From the NCBI RefSeq assembly GCF_004010195.1, contig NC_057719.1, positions 95,051,515-95,115,514 on the forward strand: 64,000 bases of DNA, written 5' to 3'. The notes under the pieces are model-generated. The model was not told the origin of the DNA. It worked only from the letters and a program-made list of their open reading frames with translations, and ran no database searches. Made by a program: the position numbers and the translations under genes. The DNA comes from Chiloscyllium plagiosum. Lineage: Eukaryota. This document shows positions 1 to 11,960 of the stretch, piece by piece. Every line of letters starts with the position of its first letter. The first letter of the stretch is position 1.

Positions 1-86
1 TGTGTTGCTGGAAAAGCGCAGCAGGTCAGGCAGCATCCAGGGAACAGGAGAATCGACGTTTCGGGCATAAGCCCTTCTTCAGGAAT
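1..86 (-). mobile_element. Penelope-like element terminal (pLTR) fragment with hammerhead motif, family A; runs off the window edge
   Basis: Same sequence as the tails of the GIY-YIG-encoding copies at 2832-3451 and 32290-33318. Reverse complement of 51-86 is ATTC-CTGAAGA-A-GGGC-TTAT-GCCC-GAAA-C-GTC-GATT. Confidence 0.85.
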
Positions 87-1290
87 TTGGTTATGGGGAT
101 TCATCCACCTTCATGCGTTTCAGGACATCCTCCTCTGCAATATGGACATTTTTCAAGATGTCACCACCTATTTCCCTACATTCTATACCTTCTATGCCCT
201 TTTCCACTGTAAATACTGATGCAAAATACTCGTTTAGTGTCTCCCCATTATCTGCGGCTTCACACAAAGGCTGCCTTGCTGATCTTTGACATGTCCTATT
301 CTCTCCTAGCTACACTTTTGTCCTTAATGTACCTGTAAAAACCCTTCGGATTTGCCAAACTGTGTTTGCCAAAGCTACCTCATGTCCCCTTTTTGCCCTC
401 CACATTTCCCTCTTAAGTATACACCGACTGCCTTTATACTCTTCTAAGGATTCACTCGATCTATCCTGTCTATACATGACATATGCTTCCTTCTTTTTCT
501 GAACCAAACTCTCAATTTCTTCAGTCATTCAGCATTCCCTATATCTACCAGCCTTTAATTTCAATCGAACAGGAATATACTTTCCCTGGATTATTGTTAT
601 CTCATTTCTGAAGGCTTCCCATTTTCCAGCATCCCTTTACTTGTGCACATTTTCCCCCAATCAGCTTTTGAAAGTTCTTCCCTAATACTTTCCAAATTGG
701 TCTTTCTCCCAATTAGAACTTCAACTTTTACATCTTGTCTATCCTTTTCATCACTATTTTAAATCTATTAGCATTATGGTCATTGGCCCCAAAGCGCTCC
801 CCCACTGACACCTCAATCACCTGTCTGTGGTATTTCCCAAGAGTAGGTCACGTTTTGCACCATCTCTCGTAAGTACATCCACATAGTGAATCCGAAAAAT
901 TTCTTGTACACGTTTAACAAATTCCTCTCCATCTAAACCCTTCGCACTATGGCAGTCCCAGGCTATGTTTGGAAAGTTAACATCCCGGATCATAAATACC
1001 TTATTATTCATACAGGTAGCAGTGAGCGCCTTACAAATTTGTTTCTCCATTTCCCACTGACTATTAGGGGATCTATAATACAACACTAATAAGGTGATCA
1101 TCCCTTTCTTATTTCTCACTTCCACCCAAATAGCTTCCCTGGATGTATTCCCGGTAATACCCTCCCTCAGCACAGCTGTAATGCTATCCCTTATCAAAAA
1201 TGCCACTTCCCCATCTCTCTTGCTTTCATTTCTATCCTTCCTGTAACATTTATATCCTGGAACATTAAGCTGCCAGTCCTGCCCATTCAG
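87..1290 (-). mobile_element. CR1 LINE ORF2 fragment (APE endonuclease and linker), degenerate
   Basis: ORF 817-1206 REAIWVEVRNKKGMITLLVLYYRSPNSQ...NFPNIAWD is the CR1 endonuclease motif; it is homologous to 31350-31905. Confidence 0.88.
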
Positions 1291-1667
1291 TGAAGTACAA
1301 TATCAACTCAAGAACAGCCTTAAGGTCTCAATATTGAGGTCAATAATTTCAGAAACTGACCACTTAATGTCAGTTTCTGATTTTTCTTATATTATCTTCC
1401 CCAGTGTGAAACAGTGAAACAGAATTACCATTTTGAGACAATAACTTTTCATCAGAAGTGGGAATAGTTAAAAATATAGCAGGTTTTAAGCAAGTGAAAG
1501 TGGGGAAGGTAGGAAAAGAACAAAAGGGAAGTTGTGTGAAATAACTGTGCAGCTACAGGACCAGCCACCAAGACACCATTTATTTACTGGGGCACAGTAC
1601 ATGGGATCTGACCAGCCAGCTCCTCACAGTCCGTTGTGTGAGGAGATTCTGAGTCTCCTGAATTTTT

Positions 1668-2706
1668 TTTCCCCAGCACTCATTGTGTGTGTGTGCAGGT
1701 GTGAGACACAGTGAGAGACACAAAGTGCACGAATCTTTATTCAATTTCCACCACCAGGAAGATAGGAAAACACCCGGGTGGCCAGTGACAAACACTGCCC
1801 TTCACATCAAGGGACAGTGCTGTGTGATCAAAACAGTGAAGGGGAGGGTAGGGACTAAATCAAAATAGAATTGGAGGGAGAAATGATGCACTCCACTCCC
1901 TGTGGCGCCCACCTCTCCCTGAACAACCCCAGGGTGTTGGTGGACACCGCGTGCTCCTTCTCCAAGGACACCCGGGTTCAAACGTAACTGCAGAAGAGGG
2001 GCAGGCAGTCGGCCCTAACGACCCCCTCCACGGCCCGCTGCCTCGACCTGTTAATGGCCAGTTTGATTATATATATATATATTTTTTTTTCGGAAGGGGA
2101 GGGTAGGGACTAAATCAAAATAGAGTTGGAAGTTGTGGACTTTATTTTTTTTTTCTTTTTCTTTTTTTTTCTTTTTTTTTCTCGCGGAAGAGGGGCAGGC
2201 AGTCGGCCCTAAATCTCCTGTTTATTTTTTTTTTTAGTTGGATGGAGAGCAGTGATTTTTTTTTTTAACCCCCACACTACCACCTAAGTGCGGTAGTGCT
2301 TATTTTATCCCCAGAACCCATGGTGTGTGTGTGCAGGTGTGGGACACAGTGGAAGACACAAAGTGCACCGATCTTTATTCAATTTCCACCACCAGGAATA
2401 TAGGAAAACACCCGGGTGGCCAGTGATAAACACTGTCCTTCACATCAAAGGGCAGTGCTGTGTGATCAAAACAGTGAAGGGGAGGGTAGGGACTAAATCA
2501 AAATAGAGTTGGAGGGAGAAATGATGCACTCCACTCCCTGCGGCGCCCACCTCTCCCTGAACAACTCCAGGGTGTTGGTCGACACCGCGTGCTCCTTCTC
2601 CAAGGACACCCGGGTTCTAACGTAACCGCGGAAGAGGGGCAGGCAGTCGGCCCTTACGACCCCCTCCACGGTCTGCTGCCTCAACCTGTTAATGGCCAGT
2701 TTGATT
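1668..2706 (-). mobile_element. Cluster of Tx1-like (L1/Tx1 clade) non-LTR retrotransposon 3' ends: two ~400-bp copies plus short fragments with poly(A)
   Basis: 1668-2066 and ~2256-2706 are similar direct copies. ORF 2493-2684 ...RVSLEKEHAVSTNTLELFRERWAPQGVECII resembles a Tx1 ORF2 C-terminus. Poly-T runs on + correspond to poly(A) tails on -. Confidence 0.65.
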
Positions 2707-2831
2707 ATATCTGTCAGCCAAGGCTCCCTAATTGGCCCAGGTTAACAACCCCAATCTAGGATCGCATAGTCAATGAGATCCACCTGGCCCTCATTTTAAA
2801 TAGTACAATCTGTCATAATGTGGAGGGCAGG

Positions 2832-3451
2832 GAGGAGAAAGTGAGGACTGCAGATGCTGGAGATCAGAGCTGAAAAATGTGTTGCTGGAAAAGCGCAACA
2901 GGTCAGGCAGCATCCAAGGAGCAGGAGAATTGACGTTTCGGGTATAAGCCCTTCTTCAGGAATGTGGAGGGTGTGCCAAGCTGGCTAAGATAAATGGTAG
3001 GGAGGAGGGACTTGGGGGAGGGGCATTGGGAATGAGATAGGTGGAAGGAGGTTAAGGTGAGGGTGATAGGCCAGAGTGGGGTGGGGGCGGAGAGGTCGGG
3101 AAGAAGATTGCAGGTCAAGAAGGTGGTGTTGAGTCCGAGGGTTGGGACTGAGATAAGGTGGGGGGAGGGGGAATGAGGAAGCTGGAGAAATCTGCATTCA
3201 TCCCTTGTGGTTGGAAGGTTCCTAGGCAGAAGATGAGGCACTCCTCCTCCAGGCGTTGTGTTGCCATGGTCTGGCGATGGAGGAGGCCAAGGACTTGCAT
3301 GTCCTTGGCGAAGTGGGAGGGGAAGTTAAAGTGTTCAGCCACGGGGCGGTTGGGTTGGTGGTGCGGGTGTCCCAGAGGTGTTCCCTGAAACATTCCGCAA
3401 GTAGGCGGCCTGTCTCCCCAATGTAGAGGAGGCCACATCAGTAGAGGGCAT
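2832..3451 (-). mobile_element. Penelope-like element 3' part (GIY-YIG C-terminus plus pLTR with hammerhead)
   Basis: Minus-strand GLLYIGETGR...VAEHFNFPSH...LEEECLIFCLGTFQPQGMN. Flanking 14-bp duplication atgtggagggcagg at 2818-2831 and 3452-3465. Confidence 0.9.
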
Positions 3452-4289
3452 ATGTGGAGGGCAGGAAGGAATAAATGATTGAAAGAGTTGGTGGTTCAGT
3501 GTTAATATAAAGAAAAAATAGATGTGTCTAAAGAGGGTGTGAATGGCACAATGAGGCACAGTTGTATTCTGATACCAGAAACAATGGGAAATAAGTCTAA
3601 AACTAAAACTTGGCAGAGAAAGGAAACAAAACAGGGTCAGAAGTTATGACCTGAAGTTGGTGAACTTAATATTGAATGTGAAAGGTAGTTGGGTGCTGAC
3701 TAAGATAATGAGATGGAGGTGAGAACTTAATGTGACCTTAAATTGTCACGAAACTTGTGACTGCTGTTCAGGGTCTGTAGGTGCTAATTAGAATAAAATA
3801 AATATGACACCTTTGCATTCATTAAATGTCTTTTATGATCTCAAGAGTTCCAAAGTATTTCATGGGCGATTATATACTGTTGAAATATCATCACTGTTAT
3901 GATGTAGGAAATATAGCAGCCAATTTCTGTGCATCAATGTTCCACAAACAGCAATAACCAGGTTATTATCACAGGAACTGGAGCTGCTCCTAAAGCTTTA
4001 TTTGAAGGATAGATTTTGGCGAGGTCACCACAAGGCATTCTCTAGTTGTTTTTCAATGTATGACATGGGGATCTTTCACTCCTCGCTCAGAGACAGATAA
4101 GCATTTGGTTTAACAACCCTTCTGAAAGTTACCAACACTGATGGTCCAATACCTGTAGTTAAATCCATTTACTTCTGATTAAGCCATGACTGATGCCTGT
4201 AAAATAATGCAATTGTTTGTGGTTTCTGGTTTTGTAAATTGTTTTGGCGATTATGTTTTATTGTCTTCTGAATTACAAATGGCAAATGA

Positions 4290-5480
4290 ACATAGCAACA
4301 GGAGAGCGATATGCAGCCCATTGAACCTGTCCCACTCTTCAATGAGATCATGATTAGCCTATGACCTAATGCCATACACCTGCTCTTTGGTCTATATCAC
4401 TTAGTACTTTTGCTTAGCTAAAATTTATCTAGCTCAGATTTACAATTAACACCTGACCCAGCATCCACTGCCATCTGTGGGAGAGAGTTCTAAACCTCTC
4501 CCAGCCTTTGTGTGTAGAAGTGCTTCCCAACATCTCTCCTGAACGCTCTGGCCCTAACTCTCAGACTATGGCCCTCGTTCTAGAATCTTCAACCAGTGGG
4601 AAGTTTATCTTTATCTACCTTGTCTTTTCCTGTTAATACCTTAAATATTTTGATCAAATCACTCTTAACCTTCTAAATTCTAGAGAAAACAGGCCTAATC
4701 TGTATAATCTCTCTTTATAACCTAACACCTGAAATCCAGGTATCATTTTTATAAGCCTATCTTATACTCCCTCAAAGGCCAACATATCCTTTGAAAGCTG
4801 TGGTACTAAGATCTGTTCACATCTCCAGTGGGCTGTAACCATGGTTTTGAACAGCTGCACCATAATGTCTGCACCCTTGTATTCTAGCCCTCTAGATATA
4901 AAGGCCAGCATTCCATTAGCTTTCCTGATTATTTTCAGCACTTGTTTGTGATATTTTTAAGATCTATGCGCCTAAGCCCTTAAGTTGCTTTGGACCTCCA
5001 CTGTATTTAACTTCATACAACTATAAAGTACCCTGATGTATCCTGTCCCAGTCCAAAATGGATAACCTCACATTCGTTACATTGAACTTCGTCTACCACA
5101 GTTTTGCTCATTCACTTTGTTCATCAATATCCCTTTATGGTTTTATGCTATCACCTATAAGTTCTACAGCACCACCTAAGATTTTGTCATCAGAAAATTT
5201 GCATATGTGACTTACTATGTCATTGCCCAAATCGTTAATGAACCATGTGAATGATGGAGGCCCGAACACTGATTCTTGTGGAACACTGCATGTTACCAAG
5301 TTGAGCACGTACTCACCATCCCTATCTTCTGTTTACCTGCCACTGAAACAATTTCCCAGCCAAGTCAGTAACTTGCCTTCACGGGTTTATGTTAGTTAAC
5401 TGCCTCTGATGTAGGGCTTTATTAAACGCCTTCTGGAAGTCCAAATAAACAACATCCACAGACATTTTCCCTATCCAATA
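4290..5480 (-). mobile_element. Old CR1 LINE 3' region (RT C-terminus and 3' UTR), degenerate
   Basis: Collinear with the younger minus-strand CR1 copies (for example ttttgtcatcagaaaattt at the FADD position); many stops. Confidence 0.7.
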
Positions 5481-5791
5481 TCAAACAATCATAGAATCTT
5501 ACAGTGCAGAAAGAGGTCATTTGACCCATCGAGTCTATACTGACCCTCTGAAACAATGTAGATGTACAATTTTCAGAGGAATTGAGATAGTGCTATCTTT
5601 TAAGTAAAGCTGTGCAGCAACCAGTAGAGTAGGAACAATGTAAAGAGAAAATGGTTGATAGTGCTCAAACAGAACCTCCAACACTGAAATATAATTGCAT
5701 ATTGGAATACTGAAACACAGTCAATGATCTGATCAGATTATGATACACTTTCAGTTTGAGCAATAATGTAAAACCATCTATGTTTGATATT

Positions 5792-6080
5792 TACGGGGTA
5801 AACCATTTGGGACAGAGATGAGGAGAAACTTCTTCACCCAGAGAGTGGTGGCTGTGTGGAATGCTCTGCCCCAGAGGGCAGTGGAGGCCCAGTCTCTGGA
5901 TTCATTTAAGAAAGAGTTGGATAGAGCTCTCAAAGATAGTGGAATCAAGGGTTATGGAGATAAGGCAGGAACAGGATACTGATTAAGGATGATCAGCCAT
6001 GATCATATTGAATGGTGGTGCAGGCTCGAAGGGCAGAATGGCCTACTCCTGCACCTATTGTCTATTGTCTATTGTCTATT
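5792..6080 (+). mobile_element. CR1 LINE 3' end with (CTATTGT)n tail
   Basis: FFTQRVVAVWNALP motif, CR1 3' UTR and a tandem ctattgt tail at ~6055-6080. Confidence 0.88.
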
Positions 6081-7404
6081 CATATTTGATCTCTTTGCGT
6101 TTCTTCTGCTGAAACTGGTCTCTGGAGTAATCTTCACAATTACAAGGGCATAACTTCTGACAGCAATATATACACAGGCTCCTACATCACAGTCTGTAAA
6201 AGTAAACTACATGCATGAACACAGAAGCAGGGCATATTTAATACATGGGTCATAAAGTGCCCCATGTTAAAGTTTACTGCTGTGTTTACAGTACAGATTT
6301 TAGTTTGTGGTATTTATTTATAGTTGTTATTTGTTTATAGAATACTGACTTCCAATGTTGTTCAGCATGATCTTGCTATTAATTTGAGTTGGATAAGGGA
6401 ACATCAAATGACAGAGCTGTGATATGCTCCACAAACAGTTTGAAATATGCTACTTAATATTTGCATTTTACGTTTAATCTAGTTCTTTACAAATATTTTC
6501 CAAATAGCCCACTAAGTCGTATTATGCAGTATTTAAATAGAGACTAATGTTGGCATTTAAAAGGTGAAAGTACATGCTCACAGCTTCCCTTCCTTCATAT
6601 GGGTCTTGCCAATTGTTAGATCAAATGGAAAAAATGTAGGGGAGAGGAGAAGTGAAAGGAGTGCCTGTATAGCTCAGTGGTCTGTGTCAACGTGACATAT
6701 CCAAAAAACTGGAATAAGTGAGACTTGTTTAATGAAATCAAAGTAAGTAAATTCAGTAGTAACACACTGTTGAATGTATTTTGAAAAAGACATGAATAAA
6801 GCTAATTTTCAGATCTGTCTCTAAATATCTGATATCTTAGGTTACACCTATTTTACTGGCTTGGTTTTATCACCGTCAAGTTTATTTATAGAGGATGGGG
6901 AAGGAAAATTGAGTAAGCCTGAAGAAAACAAGCACAAGGATTGCAATGCATGGTGAACCTGTGCTCATTCCTTCTGACAGCGAGAGTACATGAACATCAG
7001 AATGCTTGCAAACTCAACATGAATGGAGTCACTGGTCAGCTGAGTGCGCTGTTAAGTGGCTGCAAACCTGAATCAGGGATGCAACATTGACGTTCCAGGC
7101 ATGAGATCAAACAAATCTAGGCCGTCTACAGCAAGACTGCATCACCTACAGGGAAGTGGAACTCTGCTGGGAAGATGTTGGGAGACCTGCACAACTCTGG
7201 AACATAGCGCTCCATTATTCTCTAAAGCAGCACGAGAGTCCTTGGTGTAGGTAGTGGAAGGAAGATAGAGGCCCTCCTTCCAGAGGATAGAGCTAAGAGG
7301 CTCTCCCAGCATTCTCTGAGAATGCAATTGGAGCAGTTAGTCTTGCAGTATAGGTCACAGGAGCTGTCAATAGAATGAATGGAATTTTAAAAATCCTATT
7401 CAAC

Positions 7405-7632
7405 ACGAGGAGCACATTTTTTACACAGAGGATGGTTCGTGTGTGGAATGAACTTCCTGAGCAAGTGGTGGGTGTGGGCAAAGTTACAACATTTAAAAGA
7501 CACTTTGATAAGTACATAAGTAGGAGGGGTATGGGCCAGGAGCAGCAAGGCGGGAATAATTTCATTTGGGATTTTGTTTGGCATGCTCTGGTTGGACCAA
7601 ATAGCCTGTTTCTGTGCTGTATGACTCTATGA
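7405..7632 (+). mobile_element. CR1 LINE 3' end
   Basis: FFTQRMVRVWNELPEQVV...FKRHFDKY followed by a ctatgactctatga tail. Confidence 0.85.
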
Positions 7633-8039
7633 TTTAATAAGTCTCACATACTGCTCAATGCAGTACACCCCATCACTCATCTACCAATAATTTTCATCAA
7701 TCACAACTCATTTCTAATATTGATAACATTTCATCGACTAATTAACACGATCACAAGTCCCACACTCACATCTTGCAGCTTATACACATTATAATATTGA
7801 CAGCTAACATTACCCAAACACACGGCATCACATTCATTGTTGCATTTCCCTCTCTTGCTGGATAAGGTGATGAATCACTATGGCATGACTACAAACACTC
7901 ACCTAAATGGGAGTGATGCTTCTCCTGGGCACAAAGCTGAATTCCAGAGGTGAGGATATCAAGGCAATAAGAAACCTTAGCAAAACTAGAGTCAACAGCA
8001 ATCTAACTCTCCACTGTTTGAAGTCATGCCCAGCATAAT

Positions 8040-9020
8040 GAAAGGTGTTTGTGGGTTTTGCAAGGCAATCATTTCAATCCCAGGACACCAACGTAGGGTA
8101 ATGTCCTAGGTCCAACCATCTTCAGCTGCTTCATTAATGACCTGCCCTCCGCTGTAAGGTTAGAATTGGGATTATTTTGCTGATGGTACAACATTCAGTA
8201 ATTATTTTCTGATTCCTTAAATACTGAAGATATCTGTGTCCATATTCAGGACCTTGGTAACATTTAGGCTTGGAGTGAGAAATGGCAAGTAACATTCACA
8301 CCACACAAAGGCCATGAGCATCTCCAACAACAGAAAAACCCAACCATCTCTCCATAATATTCAATGGCATTGACTTCACTGAGTCCCACATCATCCAAAT
8401 TCTTAGGTTAACCATTGAACAGAAACATAACTGGTCAATGCCATAAAAATATTGTGGCTGCAGGGGCACGTCATAAGCTAGGAATTCTGACGTAACTGAT
8501 GCATCTTCAGACTACTCAGGCCTTTTCACATCTACAAAGAACAAGAGACGTGTGTGATGAAATAGGCTCACTTTCCTTGATAGTACGGCTTAGACAACAT
8601 TCAAGAAGCTTAATAAATCCAGATTAAATCATCCCTCTTGATCAGCACTGCATACATGGTCACTACGCATTCACTACTTGCACACAATGGAATGCTGTCT
8701 GTAGTAATTTGGTAAGTCTGCATCAACAGCATCTTCCAAATCCAAGATCTCTATCATCTAGAAAGGCAACAACAACAGAAGTAATGGCATATAACCACTT
8801 GAAAATTCATCTCTAATTCACACACTGTCCTGACCAGGAACTATATCAACATTCCTTCACTGCTATTGGATCAAAATCCTAGAAATCCCTCCTAAAAGCT
8901 TTCTAAGTTTATCAACATCAGGCAGACTGCAGTGGATCAAGTATGGGCTTAGGATCACTTTCTCAAGGTGAGTTAGAGATGGGTGACAGATGATGGCCTT
9001 GCCAGAAAAGCATCCACTCC
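8040..9020 (+). mobile_element. Degenerate L2/CR1-superfamily LINE RT fragment and 3' tail
   Basis: QG-VLGP-IFSCFINDLP and FAD- motifs are recognisable at ~8095-8185; the tail resembles 35590-35830. Confidence 0.6.
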
Positions 9021-9510
9021 ATGACTGGGTTTTTGGAAATGTCTGTCAGGACATCTGTAGGCCTGTTCAAAAACAATGAGAAGTTTGAGTTGACTCAGGA
9101 TCCAGTGCGAAGCTTGGTGCTCAATATTTCCTTCAAGGAATGATGATACCACTTGCACACCCAACCATGTATGTTGTGTAGAAGGGCTGACGTCTCTGAT
9201 CCCATTGTAACTCAAATAGAAGCCACACCCTAAAGTATTTAAGTGGAATGTCCAACAGAACTTATACAAGGTCCGTTTGTTGCCATGCAAGTGCAGGTTG
9301 TTGTCATGGAAGCTCAGAGTGTTGCCATTAGTGCCTGTAGGTATTAGGGCTCAAAAGGATAAGCAGGATGTCACAATCCAGCAATATGTTTTCCAATAGT
9401 TACCAGGATTGATGAGGCATCACCCTAATGGGGTGGCAGCGCCCCATGAAGCTCTGATTTGCAATCAGCCCAATCGGCAGCATTCTGCTTGCACCAGCCA
9501 GTCTGGACTG

Positions 9511-10515
9511 CGTGTAACCGGGGTATGCAACCACGGCGTGTAACCAGGGTGTGTAACCAGGGCGTGTAACCGGGTCGTGTAACCAGGGCGTGTAACCAGG
9601 GTGTGCAATCAGAGTGTGTAACCAAGGCGTGCAACCGGGGCGTGCAACCGGGGCGTGTAACCAGGGTGTGTAACCGGGACGTGGAACCAGGGCGTGTAAC
9701 CGGGGCATGTAACCAAGGCGTGTAACCGGGGCGTGTAGCCAGGGCGTGTAACCAAGGCGTGTAACCAGGGCATGTAGCTGGGGCATGTAGCCAGAGCGTG
9801 TAGCCAGGGCATGTAACCGGGGCATGTAGCCGGTGCGGGTAACTGGGGCATGTAACCGGGGCGTGTAACCAGGGTGTATAACCGGGGCGTGTAACCAGGG
9901 TGGGTAGCCAGGGTGTGTAACCGGGGCGTGTACCCAGGGCGTGTAATCAGGGCGTGTAGCCAGGGTGTGTAACCGGGGCATGTAACCAGGGCGTGTAACC
10001 AGGGCGTGTAACCGGGGCGTGTAACCGGGGCGTGTAGCCAGGGCGTGTAACCAGGGCGTGTAACCGGGGCGTGTACCCGGGGCCTGTAACCGGGGCATGT
10101 AACCAGGGCGTGTAACCGGGGCCTGTAACTGGGGCGTGTAGCCAGGGCGTGTAACCAGGGCGTGTAACCGGGGCCTGTACCCGGGGCCTGTAACCGGGGC
10201 GTGTAGCCAGGGCGTGTAACCGGGGCGTGTAACCGGGGCGTGTAACCTGGGTGTGTAACCGGGGCGTGTAACCTGGGTGTGTAACCAGGGCGTGTAGCCA
10301 GGGCGTGTAACCGGGGCGTGTAACCAGGGTGTGAAACCGGGGCGTGTAACCAGGGCCTGTAACCGGGGCGTGTAGCCGGGGTGTGTAACCGGGGCGTGTA
10401 GCCAGGGCGTGTAACCGGGGTGTGTAACCGGCGCGTGTAGCCAGGGCGTGTAACCTGGGTGTGTAACCGGGGCGTGTAACCAGGGCATGTAACCGGGACG
10501 TGTAACCGAGGCGTG
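9511..10515. repeat. GC-rich minisatellite, 13-bp unit consensus GTGTAACCRGGGC, about 77 copies
   Basis: Directly visible tandem array. The 13-aa periodicity of the overlapping ORFs (HAPVTRPGYTPWL) equals three units. Confidence 0.97.
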
Positions 10516-10834
10516 TTGATGCAACTCAAGGCCCAAAATAATTTGAGATCATCCTCACGACCACCTGTAACCTCTTCCAAAGTCAGCAGCCTTTCATAAC
10601 CTGAGACTGCCATTGTGTTATTCCCACAAAGAAATACTGAGCCAAGCAAAACCACAGGCAAATCAGGCATTAAGACAAAACAGAAGAGAGAATAGTTAGC
10701 TTTTGTATGAAGTATTGGATGGTCCATTTCATGAAATTGTTTTTTAATGATTGTTTCATGCTGCCATCTATTTCAACAGTGCAGCATAGGGGACAATAAT
10801 CGATCAGTTTGTAGATGTGCATTGTCGACAATAA

Positions 10835-11221
10835 AACCATAAGACATCAGATTAAAATTCAGCCATTCAACCCATCAAATCTGCTCCCCTACTCGATTAT
10901 GGCTGCTGTGTTTCTCAATCCCATTTTTCTGCCCATAACCTTTAATCCCTTTAATAATCAAGAATTATCACTCTATGTCTTAAACACGCACAATGACTTG
11001 GCTTCCACTGCCCTCTGCAGCAATGAGTCCCACAGACTCCCCACCCTCTGGTTTAAGAAATTCCATCTTATCTCAGTTCTAAAGGGTCATCCCATCACTC
11101 TGAGGGTGTGTCCTCAGGTCCTAGTCTCTCCTCCTAGTGGAAACATCTTCTTCATATCCACACTAGCCAGGTCTCTCAGTATTCTGTAAGCTTCAATCAG
11201 ATCTTCCCTTATCCTTCTATA
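10835..11221 (-). mobile_element. Old CR1 3' end, interrupted at ~11222 and resuming at ~11652-11722
   Basis: CR1 3' UTR and ORF end in reverse; the continuation tccatcaagtacaggcc...ttcatccctgggatcatt lies after the SINE. Confidence 0.7.
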
Positions 11222-11295
11222 TTCTGGTTAACTCGGATGGTTAGAACATGGTGCTAATAATACCAAGGTCATAGGTTCCATCCCCCTACTGACCA
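11222..11295 (+). pseudogene. Degenerate tRNA-Ile(AAT)-derived sequence
   Basis: tctggttaactcggatggttagaacatggtgctAATaataccaaggtcataggttccatccccctactgacca aligns end to end with vertebrate tRNA-Ile(AAU) (GGCCGGTTAGCTCAGTTGGTTAGAGCGTGGTGCTAATAACGCCAAGGTCGCGGGTTCGATCCCCGTACGGGCCA). CpG-type decay and broken stems indicate it is non-functional. Confidence 0.8.
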
Positions 11296-11346
11296 AGTGT
11301 AGCACTGGGGCTTGCACTTGCAGGCTCTGTGTTTGCTGTTGCTTTT

Positions 11347-11649
11347 GGGTGGCACGGTGGCTCAGTAGCCAGCACTGCTGCCTCTCAGCACCAGGGATCC
11401 AGGTTTGATTCCTATCTGTCTGTGTGGAGTTTGTACATTCTCCCCGTGTCTGCGCGGGTTTCCTTCGGGTGCTCTGGTTTCCTCCCACGATCCAAAGATG
11501 TGCAGGTCAGGTGAATTGGTCATGTTAAATGTGTTAGGTGCATTAGTCAAGGGGAAATATAGGGTAGGGGAATGGGTCATGGCGGGTTACTGTTAGAGGG
11601 TTGATGTGAGGTCAAATGGCCTGCTTCCATACTATAGGTAATCTAATCT
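11347..11649 (+). mobile_element. HE1-type tRNA-derived V-SINE (older copy)
   Basis: tRNA-like head, V-domain gtgtggagtttg...tctccccgtgtctgcg...ggtttcctccc, and an (aatct)n tail. Confidence 0.88.
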
Positions 11650-11721
11650 GGTCCATCAAGTACAGGCCTAGAGTCCTCAACCAGGCCTCATATGACAAGC
11701 TTTTCATCCCTGGGATCATTT

Positions 11722-11960
11722 CCCTTACATAGCAGTGGATGGCAAACTTTGAGACGTTGAAATATTGCCTGTTCAGCTGGAAAGAGTTGGATAGAAAGAA
11801 ATTGTCAATACAGTCACCTTGATTGCCATTGGCAATACTGGCAACCCTGCACTGAGACAGTAAGACTGCCAGTTCATGTGGCACATTTCAGTGAGCATTC
11901 CCTTTCATCCAATGGTGATGTTGAACATATTGCTCCTTGCTGAGGCTGATGTAAAACAAT
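11722..11960 (-). mobile_element. PIF/Harbinger (HARBI1-like) transposase N-terminal remnant
   Basis: Frameshifted minus-strand translation LPVLPMAIKVTV...SNSFQ...NVSKFAIHCYVRE matches the Harbinger LPVAVKVTVALNFYASGSFQ...ISQ.AVH.CIR motif. Confidence 0.6.

Noticed and set aside
3635..3651. Estrogen response element (GGTCA...TGACC)
   Set aside because: The spacer is 7 nt rather than 3, and the site lies in decayed repeat-like sequence.
6090..6195. Possible additional minus-strand exon after a ttttacag acceptor
   Set aside because: The open frame (CDVGACVYIAVRSY...) shows no similarity to steroid-receptor ZF2, hinge or LBD.
9511..10515. CRISPR-like or telomeric array
   Set aside because: There are no unique spacers and no cas genes, the context is eukaryotic, and the unit is not TTAGGG.
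9400..10727. 378-aa and 372-aa Pro/Thr/His-rich ORFs
   Set aside because: They are translations of the 13-bp minisatellite, open in several frames at once, with no splice or homology support.
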